A DNA stretch of 64,000 nt. It comes from Candidatus Velthaea sp. (lineage in GTDB: Bacteria > Vulcanimicrobiota > Vulcanimicrobiia > Vulcanimicrobiales > Vulcanimicrobiaceae). Below the pieces are notes generated by a model. The model did not search any database, was not told where the DNA came from, and saw only the letters and a list, made by a program, of their open reading frames with translations. The stretch spans positions 192,001-256,000 of the forward strand of contig CBDCCS010000010.1 in the NCBI GenBank assembly GCA_965214935.1, given 5' to 3'. The first letter of the stretch is position 1; the number at the start of each line of letters is the position of its first letter. This document shows, piece by piece, positions 9,294 to 20,142 of this stretch. The translations under genes and the position numbers were made by a program.

Positions 9294-10193
9294 TCAAGCG
9301 CCGATCAAACCGCGCTGCGCGATCGCCAGATCGAACGTGCGACTGCTGATCGCGTTGCGGGTAAAAACTTCGGCGATGGCTGCGCCGATCGGGGAATCCA
9401 CCGTGCGAACGAGCGCGATGACCGACGGTCCGGCGCCCGAAAGGGCGATGCCGTAAAGATCCGGTCCGTCGAGTGCGATCATATCCGAAAGGCCCGGCAC
9501 GAAGCCGGCGCGGTATGGCTGATGGATGCGGTCGCGCATCGCCGCGTGCAAAAGGTCGTAGCGGCCCGAGGCAAGCGCCGCAGCCAGCAGTGCGGCCCGG
9601 CCGATGTTGTAGACGGCGTCGCGACGGCTATAACTCGTGGGCAGGATCGCCCGCGCTTGCACGGTCGGCATCTCGATTTGCGGTACCACGACCACGGCCC
9701 GCATTTCGGCCGGAGCCGGAAACCGAATGTAGGCCGGCACTTCACCCGGTGCTTGCGCGGCGACGACGATACCGCCCAGCAGCGCCGGGATGCCGTTATC
9801 GGGATGGCCCTCGATGTCGGCGATCGTTTGCGCGAGTTCTTCTTCATCGGCGTGGCTGCCGCGCAACCGGGCGCCGATCGCCACACCGAGCACCGCGGCT
9901 GCGGCACTCCCGCCGAGCCCTTTGCCCAGTGGAATATCGTTGGTGACCGCGATGTCGAGCGGCGGCAGCATGCGTGCACCGGCGATGCGCGCGATGCCGC
10001 GCGCGATCTCATCGCGCAGACCGTCGTGCGTCGGCGGATATTCGCCGTCGAAGGTCCAGCGCGGCGTCTCGCCGCCGCTGAGTACGGTAACCCGGGCGCT
10101 GATTCGCAATTCGAGCGCCAGCCCGACCGAGTCGAAACCGGGGCCGAGATTCGCGCTGGAAGCCGGAACCGAAAGGCGAAACGCCTCATACAC
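9294..10193 (-). CDS. thrB: homoserine kinase
   Basis: PASSANLGPGFD, PLGKGLGGSAA, EGHPDN, SGAGPS; GTG start overlapping thrC. Confidence 0.95.
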   Translation of the reverse strand: MYEAFRLSVPASSANLGPGFDSVGLALELRISARVTVLSGGETPRWTFDGEYPPTHDGLRDEIARGIARIAGARMLPPLDIAVTNDIPLGKGLGGSAAAAVLGVAIGARLRGSHADEEELAQTIADIEGHPDNGIPALLGGIVVAAQAPGEVPAYIRFPAPAEMRAVVVVPQIEMPTVQARAILPTSYSRRDAVYNIGRAALLAAALASGRYDLLHAAMRDRIHQPYRAGFVPGLSDMIALDGPDLYGIALSGAGPSVIALVRTVDSPIGAAIAEVFTRNAISSRTFDLAIAQRGLIGA

Positions 10194-11451
10194 CGGCGCG
10201 TGACGCGGCCAGTTCGTCGATGCGTGCAAATAGCTCGCCGGCCGATTGAGTGTGCACGATTCGATTGGCGTAGGCGGCCGAACTGCCGTGATAAGCCGCC
10301 GCGTACGCCGTATCTTTTAGGACGTGGCCCGTGAGCACCAGCACGACGTCGGCTGCACGGCCGATGAGACCGCTGGTCACGAGTACTTTGAGTCCGGCCA
10401 AGGACGCCGCCGATGCGGGCTCGCAGCCGATGCCGTCGCGTCCGATCACCGCACGCGCATCGGCGATCGCCGCATCGTCGACTGCAAGCACGGTCCCGTC
10501 GGAGCCGCGGACTTCGCGCAAGGCTTTCTTCCACGATGCCGGCGCACCGATCTTGATCGCCGTTGCGGTGGTTTGCGCTTTTACCGGCACGAGATCCCCG
10601 CCGCCGGCAAAGACGTGCGCGAACGGCGCCGCTCCGGCCGCTTGCACGACCGCGATACGCGGTAACCGGTCGATCAGGCCCAGTTCGAGCGCTTCTCGAA
10701 AACCTTTACCGAACGCGCTCGAATTGCCGAGATTGCCGCCCGGTAAGATCAGCCAGTCGGGGACGCGCCATTGACGCTGTTCGAGCATCACCAGCGCGGC
10801 GGTTTTCTGACCCTCGATCCGATACGGGTTGACGCTGTTGACAATCGCAACTCGACGCGGATCGAGCTGCCGAACGAGTGCCAGCGCTGCGTCGAAATCA
10901 CCGTCGATGCCGAGGACGGTTGCGCCGTAATCGAGGGTTTGGGCGACTTTCGATTCGCTGATGCCCGTCGAGGGCACGAGCACGACCGCGCCGATACCGG
11001 CACGCGCGGCATATGCCGCCATCGACGCGGCGGTATTGCCGGTGCTGGCACAAATCGCGAGCTGCGCGCCGCGCTGGACGGCGTGCGTAAGCGCGACGGT
11101 CATCCCGGCGTCCTTAAAGGAACCGGTCGGATTCATGCCCAGGTGCAGGTATGCCGCGCCGTCGACACCGGCATACGATGCGCCGCCCGGAGCGGCATAC
11201 AGCGGCACGTCGTTTTCGCGCAACGTCACGATCCGCTCGGCGTCGAGCTCAGGCAGCAGTTCGCGAAAACGCCAGACCCCGCTGCGATCGCGGTGGTCGT
11301 TCGACCGGCGGCGTTCGCTCAACAACGTACGTAGCGCCGCGCCGTCGACCGGTGCCTGCCGCAGCTCGAAGACCAACAGCCCGCCGCACGCTGCACAAAA
11401 TAGTGCATCGTCACCGGCCGGCGTACCGCAGTCGCTACACACAAGCGTCAC
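10186..11451 (-). CDS. thrC: threonine synthase
   Basis: N-terminal CxxC pairs, NPTGSFKD, CASTGNT, NSVNPYRIEGQKT. Confidence 0.95.
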   Translation of the reverse strand: MTLVCSDCGTPAGDDALFCAACGGLLVFELRQAPVDGAALRTLLSERRRSNDHRDRSGVWRFRELLPELDAERIVTLRENDVPLYAAPGGASYAGVDGAAYLHLGMNPTGSFKDAGMTVALTHAVQRGAQLAICASTGNTAASMAAYAARAGIGAVVLVPSTGISESKVAQTLDYGATVLGIDGDFDAALALVRQLDPRRVAIVNSVNPYRIEGQKTAALVMLEQRQWRVPDWLILPGGNLGNSSAFGKGFREALELGLIDRLPRIAVVQAAGAAPFAHVFAGGGDLVPVKAQTTATAIKIGAPASWKKALREVRGSDGTVLAVDDAAIADARAVIGRDGIGCEPASAASLAGLKVLVTSGLIGRAADVVLVLTGHVLKDTAYAAAYHGSSAAYANRIVHTQSAGELFARIDELAASRAGV

Positions 11452-11462
11452 GTCCGCGTCTC

Positions 11463-13166
11463 CTAGTTCGGCCGGGTGATTGCGCCTTCGGACGCCGACG
11501 TTACCTGCGCGGCATATTTCGCAAACACGCCGCTGGTATAATTCGGCGGCGGCTTTTTCCAGGCGGCCATGCGCCGGTCGCGTTCGGCGGCGCTCAATTC
11601 AACATCGATCCGGCGATTGTCGATGTCGATCGTTACGATATCGCCGTCGTGCAGCGCCGCAATCGGACCGCCGACCGCGGCTTCGGGCGAAATATGACCG
11701 ATCATGAGACCGCGAGTCGCGCCGCTGAAACGCCCGTCGGTCAACAGCGCGACGCTCTCGCCCAGCCCTTGGCCGACGATCGCCCCGGTTATCCCCAGCA
11801 TTTCACGCATGCCGGGACCGCCTTTAGGCCCTTCGTAGCGAATGACCACAACGTCGCCCGCGACGATCCGGCGTGCGTCGATTGCCGCCATTGCATCTTC
11901 TTCCCGATTGAACACGCGCGCCGGTCCGCGATGATACGACCGCTCGTGGCCGGCAACCTTGACCACGCCGCCCTCCGGAGCGACGTCGCCGCGCATGATC
12001 ACGATGCCGCCGCTGGTCTTGAACGGACGATCGGCGGTCGTGACGACGAGCTGGCCCGGCGATTCAACCGCCAGCGCCGACTCCTGCGCCAGCGTGCGGC
12101 CCGTGGGCGTCATCGTTTCGCCGTGAACGAGATTCGCTTCAACCATTCGTCGCGCAATGAGCTGGATGCCGCCTGCAGCATCGACGTCGGTTGCGACGTA
12201 CTTGCCGCCGGGACGCAGATCCGCCAAGATCGGCGTCCGGCGCGAGATCGAGTCGAAATCGTCGAGCGTCAGCGGGACGCCGGCTTCGCGCGCGAGCGCC
12301 ATCAGATGCAGCACAACGTTGGTCGATCCGCCCGTTCCGGCCGCAGCCGCGATCCCGTTCTCAAACGCGGCGCGGGTCGCAAGGTCGAGCGGCCGGACGT
12401 TGCGCGCGAGCAGATCCATTACGATCTTGCCGGCCCGGTAGGCCTCGTCGGCTTTGCGCGCATCGAGCGCCGGCGGACTGGCGCTGCCGACCGGCGACAG
12501 ACCGAGAAATTCAAACACGGTCGCCATAGTATTCGCCGTGAACTGACCGCCACAGGCGCCGGCGCCGGGACACGCATGATTTTCGATATCGAGCAGTTCG
12601 CGGTCGCTGATCTTGCCTGCCGAGTGCGCGCCGATCGCTTCGTAGACATCGCCGACGGTCAAGTCAACCCCGTTGAAGCGGCCGGGCGCAATCGTTCCAC
12701 CGTAGAGCATAACGGCGGGTGCGTTGAGCCGCATGAGCGCCATCGCGGTGCCCGGACCGGTCTTATCGCAGGCAAACAAGCCGACGATGGCATCGAACAT
12801 GTAACCACGTCCGACGAGTTCGATCGAATCGGCGATCACCTCGCGGCTGACCAGCGACGCTTTCATCCCCTCGGTGCCCATCGTGATACCGTCACTAATT
12901 GCGATGGTATTAAATTCCATCGGCGTACCGCCGGCTTCACGCACGCCGCGTTTGACGTGCTCGACGAGTTCGCGCAAATTGTAACCGCACGGCATCGTTT
13001 CGATCCACGTATGCGCTATTCCGACCAAGGGTTTCGCGAGGTCTTCGTCCGTGAATCCGATTGCTTTGAACATCGCCCGCGCGCCCGCCCGATCGCGTCC
13101 GCTCGTGATCGTACCGCTGTTCCATTTGAGGTTTGCGCCGGTTGATGCGCCGTTCTGCCCGTTCAC
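11463..13166 (-). CDS. ilvD: dihydroxy-acid dehydratase
   Basis: [43 protein letters not shown]. Confidence 0.97.
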   Translation of the reverse strand: MNGQNGASTGANLKWNSGTITSGRDRAGARAMFKAIGFTDEDLAKPLVGIAHTWIETMPCGYNLRELVEHVKRGVREAGGTPMEFNTIAISDGITMGTEGMKASLVSREVIADSIELVGRGYMFDAIVGLFACDKTGPGTAMALMRLNAPAVMLYGGTIAPGRFNGVDLTVGDVYEAIGAHSAGKISDRELLDIENHACPGAGACGGQFTANTMATVFEFLGLSPVGSASPPALDARKADEAYRAGKIVMDLLARNVRPLDLATRAAFENGIAAAAGTGGSTNVVLHLMALAREAGVPLTLDDFDSISRRTPILADLRPGGKYVATDVDAAGGIQLIARRMVEANLVHGETMTPTGRTLAQESALAVESPGQLVVTTADRPFKTSGGIVIMRGDVAPEGGVVKVAGHERSYHRGPARVFNREEDAMAAIDARRIVAGDVVVIRYEGPKGGPGMREMLGITGAIVGQGLGESVALLTDGRFSGATRGLMIGHISPEAAVGGPIAALHDGDIVTIDIDNRRIDVELSAAERDRRMAAWKKPPPNYTSGVFAKYAAQVTSASEGAITRPN

Positions 13167-13264
13167 TCGAAATCTCCAGCTTTGTCAGTGCGTTGCCGAT
13201 GATCTCTTGTTGTCGGTGGACGGCGCCCACACCCTGCCGCTGCGTTTGCGGCGACCCGGCCGGC

Positions 13265-14968
13265 TTAGTCTTTAGCGATCAGCTGCAATTCTTTGGAGAT
13301 GGTGGATAATTGACTCGAACACTGTTGAACGCTCGACGACAAATTCAGCGATTGATCCGCCATGGCGATGACGGCGGCGACACTCCTGGCGATCTGGACG
13401 CTGCCTTGTGCGGTTTGCGACGAACTACCCGCAATCGCGCGGGTCATCGTCGCTTGCTGCTCGACGGCACTGGCGATCGAGGTTTGTATGCCGCTGATTT
13501 GATTGATGACCGAACTAATGCGCGTGATCGCCGATATCGACGCGCTCGTGCCGGTCACGATAACTTGCACTTTGGCGCTGATATCTTTGATCGCGCGCTG
13601 CGAATCGGTTGCAAGTTTGCGCACTTCGTCGGCGACGACGGCAAAGCCGCGGCCATGTTCGCCGGCGCGCGCGGCTTCAATGGCAGCGTTGAGCGCAAGC
13701 AGGTTCGTTTGATCGGCGATCGATTCGATAACCCGAACGATTTCGCCGACTTGCCGGCTGCCGGCGTCCAGCTGTTCGATCGTTGCGTTCGTTTCCTGGG
13801 CGATGGCAACGGCACCGTCGGCAACTTTGGTCGCGTGTGCGACGCTCTTGCCGATCTCGTTAATCGTCGACGTCATTTCATCGATTGCCGTAGCGACGCG
13901 CTGTGCATTTTGCACGATCTGATCCGAGTAGCCGCCGGTCGTCGCGCAGGCTTGCGAACTTTCGCGCGAATTCGCGGCGAGCGTCGAACTCACGCGATCC
14001 ATCTGACGGGCCGCGTCCAGCAGTGTCTCGACGCCGGCGGCAATCGCGTCGAATGCGGCGACGCGCTGCGCGAGCGTCTGTTGCAGTTCACGTTTGCGCC
14101 GGACGTCATCGTCGATATCTTTGAGCGAGCCGGCAACGCGTAGCGGGTTGCCGGAGCCGTCGCGCAACGTCGTGCCGCAGGCGCGGAACCAGCGATAACC
14201 CGCCGTGCGCGTTTTGAGCTGATACTCGACATCGTACGGCGTCCGGCCGGTGCGATCCATCAAATGAGCCGAAAACGCCGCCAGTGTCGCCGCTTCATGA
14301 TCGGGGTGCAGAAGCGACGCCCAGCTTTTGAGGACGTTGGGGAAATCGCTCGTCGACGAGTATCCCAGCATCGTGCGGAAGCGGTCGGACCACCAGAACG
14401 GCGTGTCGGGCAATATCTCGCCGTTGGCCGGGTAGACCATATCCCAGAGACCTTCAGTCGAGCTTTCGTTGACGAGCTTGAAGCGGATCAGTGCGGTCTC
14501 GAGCTCGTCGGAACGAATCTTTTGATCGGTGATGTCGGTGAGAGATCCGGCGACGCGCAACGGATTGCCGGTCGCATCCCGTAACGTCGTACCGCGGGCG
14601 CGAAACCAGCGATATGCGCCCGAGCGCGTCCGCAGCTGATACTCGACGTCGTAGGGCGTTTTGCCGGTGTGATCGCTTAAATGTTTGGCAAAGCGCTCGA
14701 GCGTGACTGCTTCGTGATCCGGATGCAGCAGCGACGCCCAGCTGCCCAACACATTCGGAAAATCGTTTTCATCGCGGTAGCCGAGCATCTCGCGGAAGCG
14801 CTCCGACCACATGAACGGCGTTTGCGCGCCGATTTTTCCATCCGCGGGATAGATCATATCCCAGAGGCCGTCGCTCGAGCTTCGATTGACCAAATCGAAA
14901 CGGACGAGTGCTGCTTCGAGCTCGGTTTGCAAAGACGCTCGACGGCCGAATGGAAACCAACGTGACAT
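13265..14968 (-). CDS. soluble methyl-accepting chemotaxis protein with two PAS domains
   Basis: [37 protein letters not shown]; two similar PAS/PAC repeats; no TM segments. Confidence 0.92.
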   Translation of the reverse strand: MSRWFPFGRRASLQTELEAALVRFDLVNRSSSDGLWDMIYPADGKIGAQTPFMWSERFREMLGYRDENDFPNVLGSWASLLHPDHEAVTLERFAKHLSDHTGKTPYDVEYQLRTRSGAYRWFRARGTTLRDATGNPLRVAGSLTDITDQKIRSDELETALIRFKLVNESSTEGLWDMVYPANGEILPDTPFWWSDRFRTMLGYSSTSDFPNVLKSWASLLHPDHEAATLAAFSAHLMDRTGRTPYDVEYQLKTRTAGYRWFRACGTTLRDGSGNPLRVAGSLKDIDDDVRRKRELQQTLAQRVAAFDAIAAGVETLLDAARQMDRVSSTLAANSRESSQACATTGGYSDQIVQNAQRVATAIDEMTSTINEIGKSVAHATKVADGAVAIAQETNATIEQLDAGSRQVGEIVRVIESIADQTNLLALNAAIEAARAGEHGRGFAVVADEVRKLATDSQRAIKDISAKVQVIVTGTSASISAITRISSVINQISGIQTSIASAVEQQATMTRAIAGSSSQTAQGSVQIARSVAAVIAMADQSLNLSSSVQQCSSQLSTISKELQLIAKD

Positions 14969-15143
14969 GCTCTTCTCCGAAGCGGTGACCGGGCGTAAAA
15001 CGCGGGCACCTAAAAGCGTCGGAGAACGGTGCGCAAAAAGTGAGGCGGAACGGGCGTCTACGTTGTAATGAGCGTGTAAGACACCCGCCCGACGGATGAA
15101 GCGCCGGCGCTATTTGCAAAGCTTCGTTTAAGGAAGATGCCGC

Positions 15144-16415
15144 ATGTTCGAAGCACAGATCGTACGCGATATGCTCGTTGCTCCGGCGCTGGCCGATCCC
15201 CGGCTGGCCGCGCACGCGGCTCTTGCGCCGGTCATCGACGGCCGTATCGCGCGCGGCGCGCGCGTTGCGATCACCGCGGGCAGTCGCGGAATTGCAAATA
15301 TCGCGCTGTTGCTGCGCGGTTTGGCGGACGCTGTCCGCGACGCCGGCGGCGAGCCGTTTTTCGTCGCGGCGATGGGATCGCACGGCGGCGGCACCGGCGC
15401 CGGACAGCGGGCAATGCTGGCCGGACTCGGCGTGACCGAAGCGACGGCAGGCGCGCCGATCGAGAGTGAAATGGACGTCCTCGAAGTCGGCACGACGGTC
15501 AGCGGGATCCGCGTGTATTGCGATGCCGTTGCAGCGCGAGCCGATGCAATCGTGATCGCCGGGCGAGTCAAGCCGCACACGGACTTCAGCGGCGCAATCG
15601 AGAGTGGAATACTCAAAATGGCGGCCATCGGTCTAGGCAAAGCCGTCGGGGCGGCGGCCTATCACGCGGCGTTCTTACAGCTCGGTTACGAGAAGATCAT
15701 CCGCGAAGTGGCGGCCGTCCAGTTTGCCCGGCTGCCGATCGTGGCCGGCGTCGGTATCGTCGAAGACCATCGCGGTAACACGCACGCCGTCGAGGCGTTT
15801 CCCGCCGCCCAGATCGTCGTCAATGAAGAACGGCTGCTGCAACGTGCACGCCAACTGCTGTGCGTGCTGCCGTTTGCCGAACTCGATCTGCTCGTCGTCG
15901 ATGAAATGGGCAAGAACCTGTCGGGCGCCGGCATGGATACAAACGTGACGGCGCGCGCCGTCGACGGACGGACCCAAAAAGTGCCGGCGCCGTTGATTCG
16001 GCAGTTATTCGTGCGCGATTTGAGCGAACAATCGCACGGCAACGCGAATGGAGTGGGCTTAGCGGACTTTTGCCTGCGCCGGCTCGCCGACAAAATAGAT
16101 TGGCAAGCCACGTATCTTAATGCGCTCACTGCCGCCCAGCCGGCGAGTGCGCGGCTGCCGGTCGTCTGCGGAACGGATCGCGAAGCCGTTCACCACGCGC
16201 TCGTCGCCGCCGGTGTCGAACGGATCTCCGATGCGCGCGTCGCACGAATAAAAAACACGTTGCATCTCGAGTCGATGGTTGTCTCGCAAGCCGCGCTTGC
16301 AACGCTGAGGGGCGGCGAACGCTATGCCGTCAGCGGACCCTCGACGGGTCTTTACCTCGGTGCAGGCGATTCGTTCGAGCCGTATCCGAGCGATGCGGTC
16401 GGAACAACGCCGTGA
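15144..16415 (+). CDS. lactate-racemase N-terminal domain (DUF2088/DUF362-like) protein
   Basis: AITAGSRGI, AMGSHG, RVKPHTDF, ESGILKM, GKNLSGAGMDTNV. Confidence 0.75.
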   Translation: MFEAQIVRDMLVAPALADPRLAAHAALAPVIDGRIARGARVAITAGSRGIANIALLLRGLADAVRDAGGEPFFVAAMGSHGGGTGAGQRAMLAGLGVTEATAGAPIESEMDVLEVGTTVSGIRVYCDAVAARADAIVIAGRVKPHTDFSGAIESGILKMAAIGLGKAVGAAAYHAAFLQLGYEKIIREVAAVQFARLPIVAGVGIVEDHRGNTHAVEAFPAAQIVVNEERLLQRARQLLCVLPFAELDLLVVDEMGKNLSGAGMDTNVTARAVDGRTQKVPAPLIRQLFVRDLSEQSHGNANGVGLADFCLRRLADKIDWQATYLNALTAAQPASARLPVVCGTDREAVHHALVAAGVERISDARVARIKNTLHLESMVVSQAALATLRGGERYAVSGPSTGLYLGAGDSFEPYPSDAVGTTP

Positions 16416-16431
16416 TTTCTACGACTGCGAG

Positions 16432-16803
16432 CTACAGGTCGCCGACCCGAGCACCGTCAACGACGGCGTCATCGAGGGTCGGATACACCGACAAAACTTT
16501 CAACAATCCGGTGATGCGCAGCAAGCGTAGAATTTGACCTTCTTTGACGACAAGCCGAACGTCGCCGCCGAATTCTTTGGCGCGCCGCTGTGCGCCGATG
16601 AGCGCACCGAGTCCGGTCGAATCGAGGAAATCGACTTTCATCAAATCCACGATTAATTTATGATCGCCGCGTTCGGACGCTTCGACGAGCGATGCGCGAA
16701 CCGTCGGCGACGTAGCAATATCGAGGCTGCCGGTTAAATCGAATACGCTCATTCCGCCATGCACGTGAACGTGAATCGAAAGGTCTTCATGATGGAGATT
16801 CAT
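16432..16803 (-). CDS. STAS-domain anti-sigma factor antagonist
   Basis: LTGSLD, VDFLDSTGLG with the conserved phospho-Ser, LRITGL. Confidence 0.9.
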   Translation of the reverse strand: MNLHHEDLSIHVHVHGGMSVFDLTGSLDIATSPTVRASLVEASERGDHKLIVDLMKVDFLDSTGLGALIGAQRRAKEFGGDVRLVVKEGQILRLLRITGLLKVLSVYPTLDDAVVDGARVGDL

Positions 16804-16811
16804 AGCCGATG

Positions 16812-17171
16812 TTATCCTTCGTATTCCCGCCATCGGGCGATGGCACCGCTGGGCTCGAACGTCACTATAGCGCATCCGGCGCGTTCGCGCCAAACGCCCC
16901 CTGCGCCTTCGAGCGCAAAACGGTAGACAATACAGGCCGTTTGCTGCTCGACGATCGTCTCGTCGAGCTCGAACCGCCAGCGCGGACCGTCACGAAAAAA
17001 TCTGGTAAAGTGCGCGACTAACGCGTCCCGGCCGGCAAGTGCGGTGCCGCCGGCCTCGCGGTAACTACCGGTCTCGCTAAAATAAGCGGCGGCACGCCAC
17101 GCATCACCGCTGCGCCAAGCATCGATAAGTCCGCGCAAAACGTCGCGGCGATCCGGCGGCACGTTCGTCAT
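16812..17171 (-). CDS. SnoaL/NTF2-like protein
   Basis: AWRSGD, GRDALVAHF, IARWREY pattern. Confidence 0.75.
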   Translation of the reverse strand: MTNVPPDRRDVLRGLIDAWRSGDAWRAAAYFSETGSYREAGGTALAGRDALVAHFTRFFRDGPRWRFELDETIVEQQTACIVYRFALEGAGGVWRERAGCAIVTFEPSGAIARWREYEG

Positions 17172-17210
17172 CGGCAACGTACTTTCGTACGCCGACCGGC
17201 AATAGATATG

Positions 17211-17283
17211 CTGGGGCGGCTGGACTCGAACCAACGCATGCCAGAGTCAAAGTCTGGTGCCTTACCAACTTGGCGACGCCCCA
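17211..17283 (-). tRNA. tRNA-Gln(TTG)
   Basis: TGGGGCGTCGCCAAGTTGGTAAGGCACCAGACTTTGACTCTGG...GGTTCGAGTCC cloverleaf; CCA not encoded. Confidence 0.96.
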
Positions 17284-17355
17284 ACGGCCGATCCATAGCG
17301 ATTGGACCAACGCAAGACGATTCGCGTCCCCGCGGCCCGTTCCTCGAAACCGGCC

Positions 17356-17793
17356 TTATGGTGCGCGCAAACGGAACAGCGCGTCGACCAACGGCGTAAC
17401 GAGCGGAATGCTGAAGAGTTCGCCGCGCGCCGCGCGCGCCGCATAGCGCGCGGCGCACACGACGAACCCGATTGCAGCAGCGATATCGACGCTTAAGGCA
17501 ACGCCGTATATGTCGATCGTCACTTGCGACGAGAGCGCCGGAAAACCGATGACGGCGATGAGCGGCACGGCCAGGACGCACACGAAGATAAGCGATCCGA
17601 GCGAACCGAAAACGAGAGCTTGGCGCGCATGGAGACGCGTCCAAATTGATTCCGAATCAGTTTCGCGAATCAAATTTGCAGCGGCAAGCGGCCACAGTAA
17701 GTAGCCGGTCGCTGCACGTCGCTGATCTTCGAGCGGATTACGAACCGACGACGCGTTTTGCTCCCACGTATCGCGGCGCCCAATATCTGTCAT
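17356..17793 (-). CDS. DUF4870-like membrane protein
   Basis: GYLLWP, RLHARQAL, GELFSIPLV; three TM helices; start uncertain. Confidence 0.6.
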   Translation of the reverse strand: MTDIGRRDTWEQNASSVRNPLEDQRRAATGYLLWPLAAANLIRETDSESIWTRLHARQALVFGSLGSLIFVCVLAVPLIAVIGFPALSSQVTIDIYGVALSVDIAAAIGFVVCAARYAARAARGELFSIPLVTPLVDALFRLRAP

Positions 17794-18472
17794 GCAGGCT
17801 CGAAACGGCGACTCCGCGGCTCGACGAAGCGTGGATGAAGCGGCTGTGTCCGAGATAAATGCCGACATGCGAAACGCCCGGCGCATAGGTATGAAAAAAC
17901 ACCAGATCGCCCGCCGTCAACGGCGACCGGATGCGACGTGCAACGTCGAACTGCGCATCGGCCGTCCGCGGTAAGTGCAGTCCGTGCAGAGCGAAAACGT
18001 GCTGGACGTAGCCCGAGCAGTCGAAGCCCGTAGCGCGCGTACCGCCGAACACATACGGCACGCCGATGAAACGCATTGCGCTGCGCGTCAAGCTCGAAGC
18101 GATCGCCGAAGTGCGGCTGGCAATGCTGCCGGCAAACCGGCGCAGCCGGCTTAACGGCTTACGGTCGGCGTTGGCCGGGATCAGCGTCGATCGTAGCGGT
18201 GCGATCACCGGGACGAATGCAGCGCCCAAGGTCATATCCGCCGGTCTGCCGGCCGAATCGGCTGCCGTCGCCGCAATCGGAACCGCAGCGCCCGCATCAC
18301 CGGCGCTGCTCGAAACGTCCGGCGTCAATCCGGCTTGCGTTCCGGCCGACTGCGCCGCGGTACCCGCAGCTTGATCGCTATTGGGGAGAGCCGGATCGCC
18401 GGCGAAAGCAATGGTCCAACTGCCGAGCGTTAGAGAAAATGCAAAAAAACCAGTGAGTATGGAACGATGCAC
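17738..18472 (-). CDS. secreted NlpC/P60 (C40) peptidoglycan endopeptidase
   Basis: signal peptide; GVPYVFGG, FDCSG, GDLVFF, HVGIY. Confidence 0.93.
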   Translation of the reverse strand: MHRSILTGFFAFSLTLGSWTIAFAGDPALPNSDQAAGTAAQSAGTQAGLTPDVSSSAGDAGAAVPIAATAADSAGRPADMTLGAAFVPVIAPLRSTLIPANADRKPLSRLRRFAGSIASRTSAIASSLTRSAMRFIGVPYVFGGTRATGFDCSGYVQHVFALHGLHLPRTADAQFDVARRIRSPLTAGDLVFFHTYAPGVSHVGIYLGHSRFIHASSSRGVAVSSLHDRYWAPRYVGAKRVVGS

Positions 18473-18477
18473 GAACT

Positions 18478-18620
18478 GCTCCTCTTCCCAACACCTACGG
18501 GGTTAGTTGACGGATTAGGACGGAAAGAATCGCCCTCGGACCGACCGGCCCGTTCACCCCACGCAGGCGTGCCCAGCAACGCGCTACGACCTGGTTCCCC
18601 CGCTCCGGTTCTGCAACCGA
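18478..18620 (-). ncRNA. c-di-AMP (ydaO/yuaA) riboswitch
   Basis: minus strand reads GCAGAACCGGAGCGGGGAACCA...TGGGGTGAA...GAGGGC...AATCCGTCAACTAACCCCGTAGG, then a GAGGAG RBS; matches the ydaO consensus and precedes a cell-wall hydrolase. Confidence 0.9.
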
Positions 18621-18705
18621 ACTCGGTGACAAATAACAGAAACGTCCGACGTCCGGCAGTTGAAACAACCGCCGTCGTCATGAGGTAAGCCTCACGGCCA
18701 CCTAC

Positions 18706-20139
18706 TTATGTCGGTTCTTCGGTCTTCTCCTGTAAGGCGCTTGACGAAGTTCGAACAAACGAAACATCGTGCATCGATCGTTGTGCGACGCTGGTTTCGG
18801 CCCGAATAACTGCTGCAATCCGTTCGGCTAAATAAATAACGGTCGGTTCGTGGGCGCCCTCGATCATCACGCGAATCAACGGCTCGGTGCCTGATGCGCG
18901 TACCAGCACGCGACCCGCTCCGCGCAACTCTGCTTCCGCTGCACTGACCGCTGCGCGAATGCGTTCGCTCGATTCCAGCGCGTCCTTGCGATCGACGCGC
19001 ACGTTAATGAGGATTTGCGGAAAGACGGTTAATCCGGCGGCTAGTTCGCGCAAGGTGGTGCGTTCGCGAGCGACGATCGAGAAAAGCATGACCGCCGTCA
19101 TCGGACCGTCGCCCGTCGAGTTGTGCATCAGGTCGATGATGTGACCGGATTGCTCGCCGCCGAAGCGCAGACCGCCGCGGCGTAAAAGTTCGAGGACGTA
19201 GCGATCGCCGACGGCCGCGCGCACGAGCGCGATGTTTTTCGCGGCAAGCGCGCGTTCGAGGCCGATGTTGCTCATGACCGTTCCGACAACGGTATCGCCG
19301 GGCAGTGCTTCGCGCGATTTAAGATCGGCAGCGATGACGAGCATCGTATGATCGCCGCTTAATAACGCGCCGCTTTCATCGACGAACAGCGCGCGATCCG
19401 CATCGCCGTCGAAAGCAACGCCGACGACGGGACCGGTGTGTCGTGCCGCTTGCGCTTTCACGGCTTGCGCGACGGTCGTCAAATGGGTTGCACCGCAGCG
19501 AACGTTGATGCGCGTGCCGTCATCTTCGGCGTTGATTGCGATGACGTCGGCGCCGAGCCGCGCGAGAGCGCGCGGTCCGACATCCCAGGCGGCACCGAAT
19601 GCCGTATCGACGACGATCGTCATTCCGCTCAGATCGCTGCCTGCTTCGACGAGCGTCGTAAAGTAACGCTCGATCAATTCCGGACGCGCGTACGCTCGCC
19701 CGACGCCGGTATGCGTCGGGCGCGGTATCTCGCGCGGTTCGTTCAACTGCGCTTCGATTGCGTCTTCGACCGAATCCGATAGCTTGAATCCGTCCGCTCC
19801 GAAGAACTTAATCCCGTTATCTTCGACCGGATTGTGCGACGCGGAAATCATGACGCCGGCGGCGGCGCCGAGCAGTGTAGTCAACGCGGCAACACCCGGC
19901 GTCGGTATTACCCCGGCTTGCACGACATCGCGACCCGTCGACGTGATCCCCGCGACGATGGCCGCTTCGAGCATCGTCCCTGAAACGCGTGTATCGCGGC
20001 CGACGACGATCGGTTCGGTTGCTGCGCGTTCGCGCGCGACGACCGCCGCGCCGGCGCGTCCGATATCGAAAGCAAGTTCGGGCGTGAGCCCGGCATTGGC
20101 AACGCCGCGCACGCCGTCCGTTCCGAAAAGTCGGGCCAC
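18706..20139 (-). CDS. glmM: phosphoglucosamine mutase
   Basis: FGTDGVRG, SASHNP, DGDADR, GGEQSGH, RASGTEP. Confidence 0.96.
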   Translation of the reverse strand: MARLFGTDGVRGVANAGLTPELAFDIGRAGAAVVARERAATEPIVVGRDTRVSGTMLEAAIVAGITSTGRDVVQAGVIPTPGVAALTTLLGAAAGVMISASHNPVEDNGIKFFGADGFKLSDSVEDAIEAQLNEPREIPRPTHTGVGRAYARPELIERYFTTLVEAGSDLSGMTIVVDTAFGAAWDVGPRALARLGADVIAINAEDDGTRINVRCGATHLTTVAQAVKAQAARHTGPVVGVAFDGDADRALFVDESGALLSGDHTMLVIAADLKSREALPGDTVVGTVMSNIGLERALAAKNIALVRAAVGDRYVLELLRRGGLRFGGEQSGHIIDLMHNSTGDGPMTAVMLFSIVARERTTLRELAAGLTVFPQILINVRVDRKDALESSERIRAAVSAAEAELRGAGRVLVRASGTEPLIRVMIEGAHEPTVIYLAERIAAVIRAETSVAQRSMHDVSFVRTSSSALQEKTEEPT

Positions 20140-20142
20140 CGC

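Noticed and set aside
11151..13145. 664-aa + strand ORF and similar long antisense ORFs (44542-46260, 47701-48738, 9234-10334)
   Set aside because: Shadow frames opposite ilvD, lepA, thrB and others; expected in high-GC DNA and lacking motifs
13167..13264. Possible T-box or attenuator upstream of ilvD-thrC-thrB
   Set aside because: Only about 100 nt; no T-box consensus, leader peptide or U-tract terminator recognised
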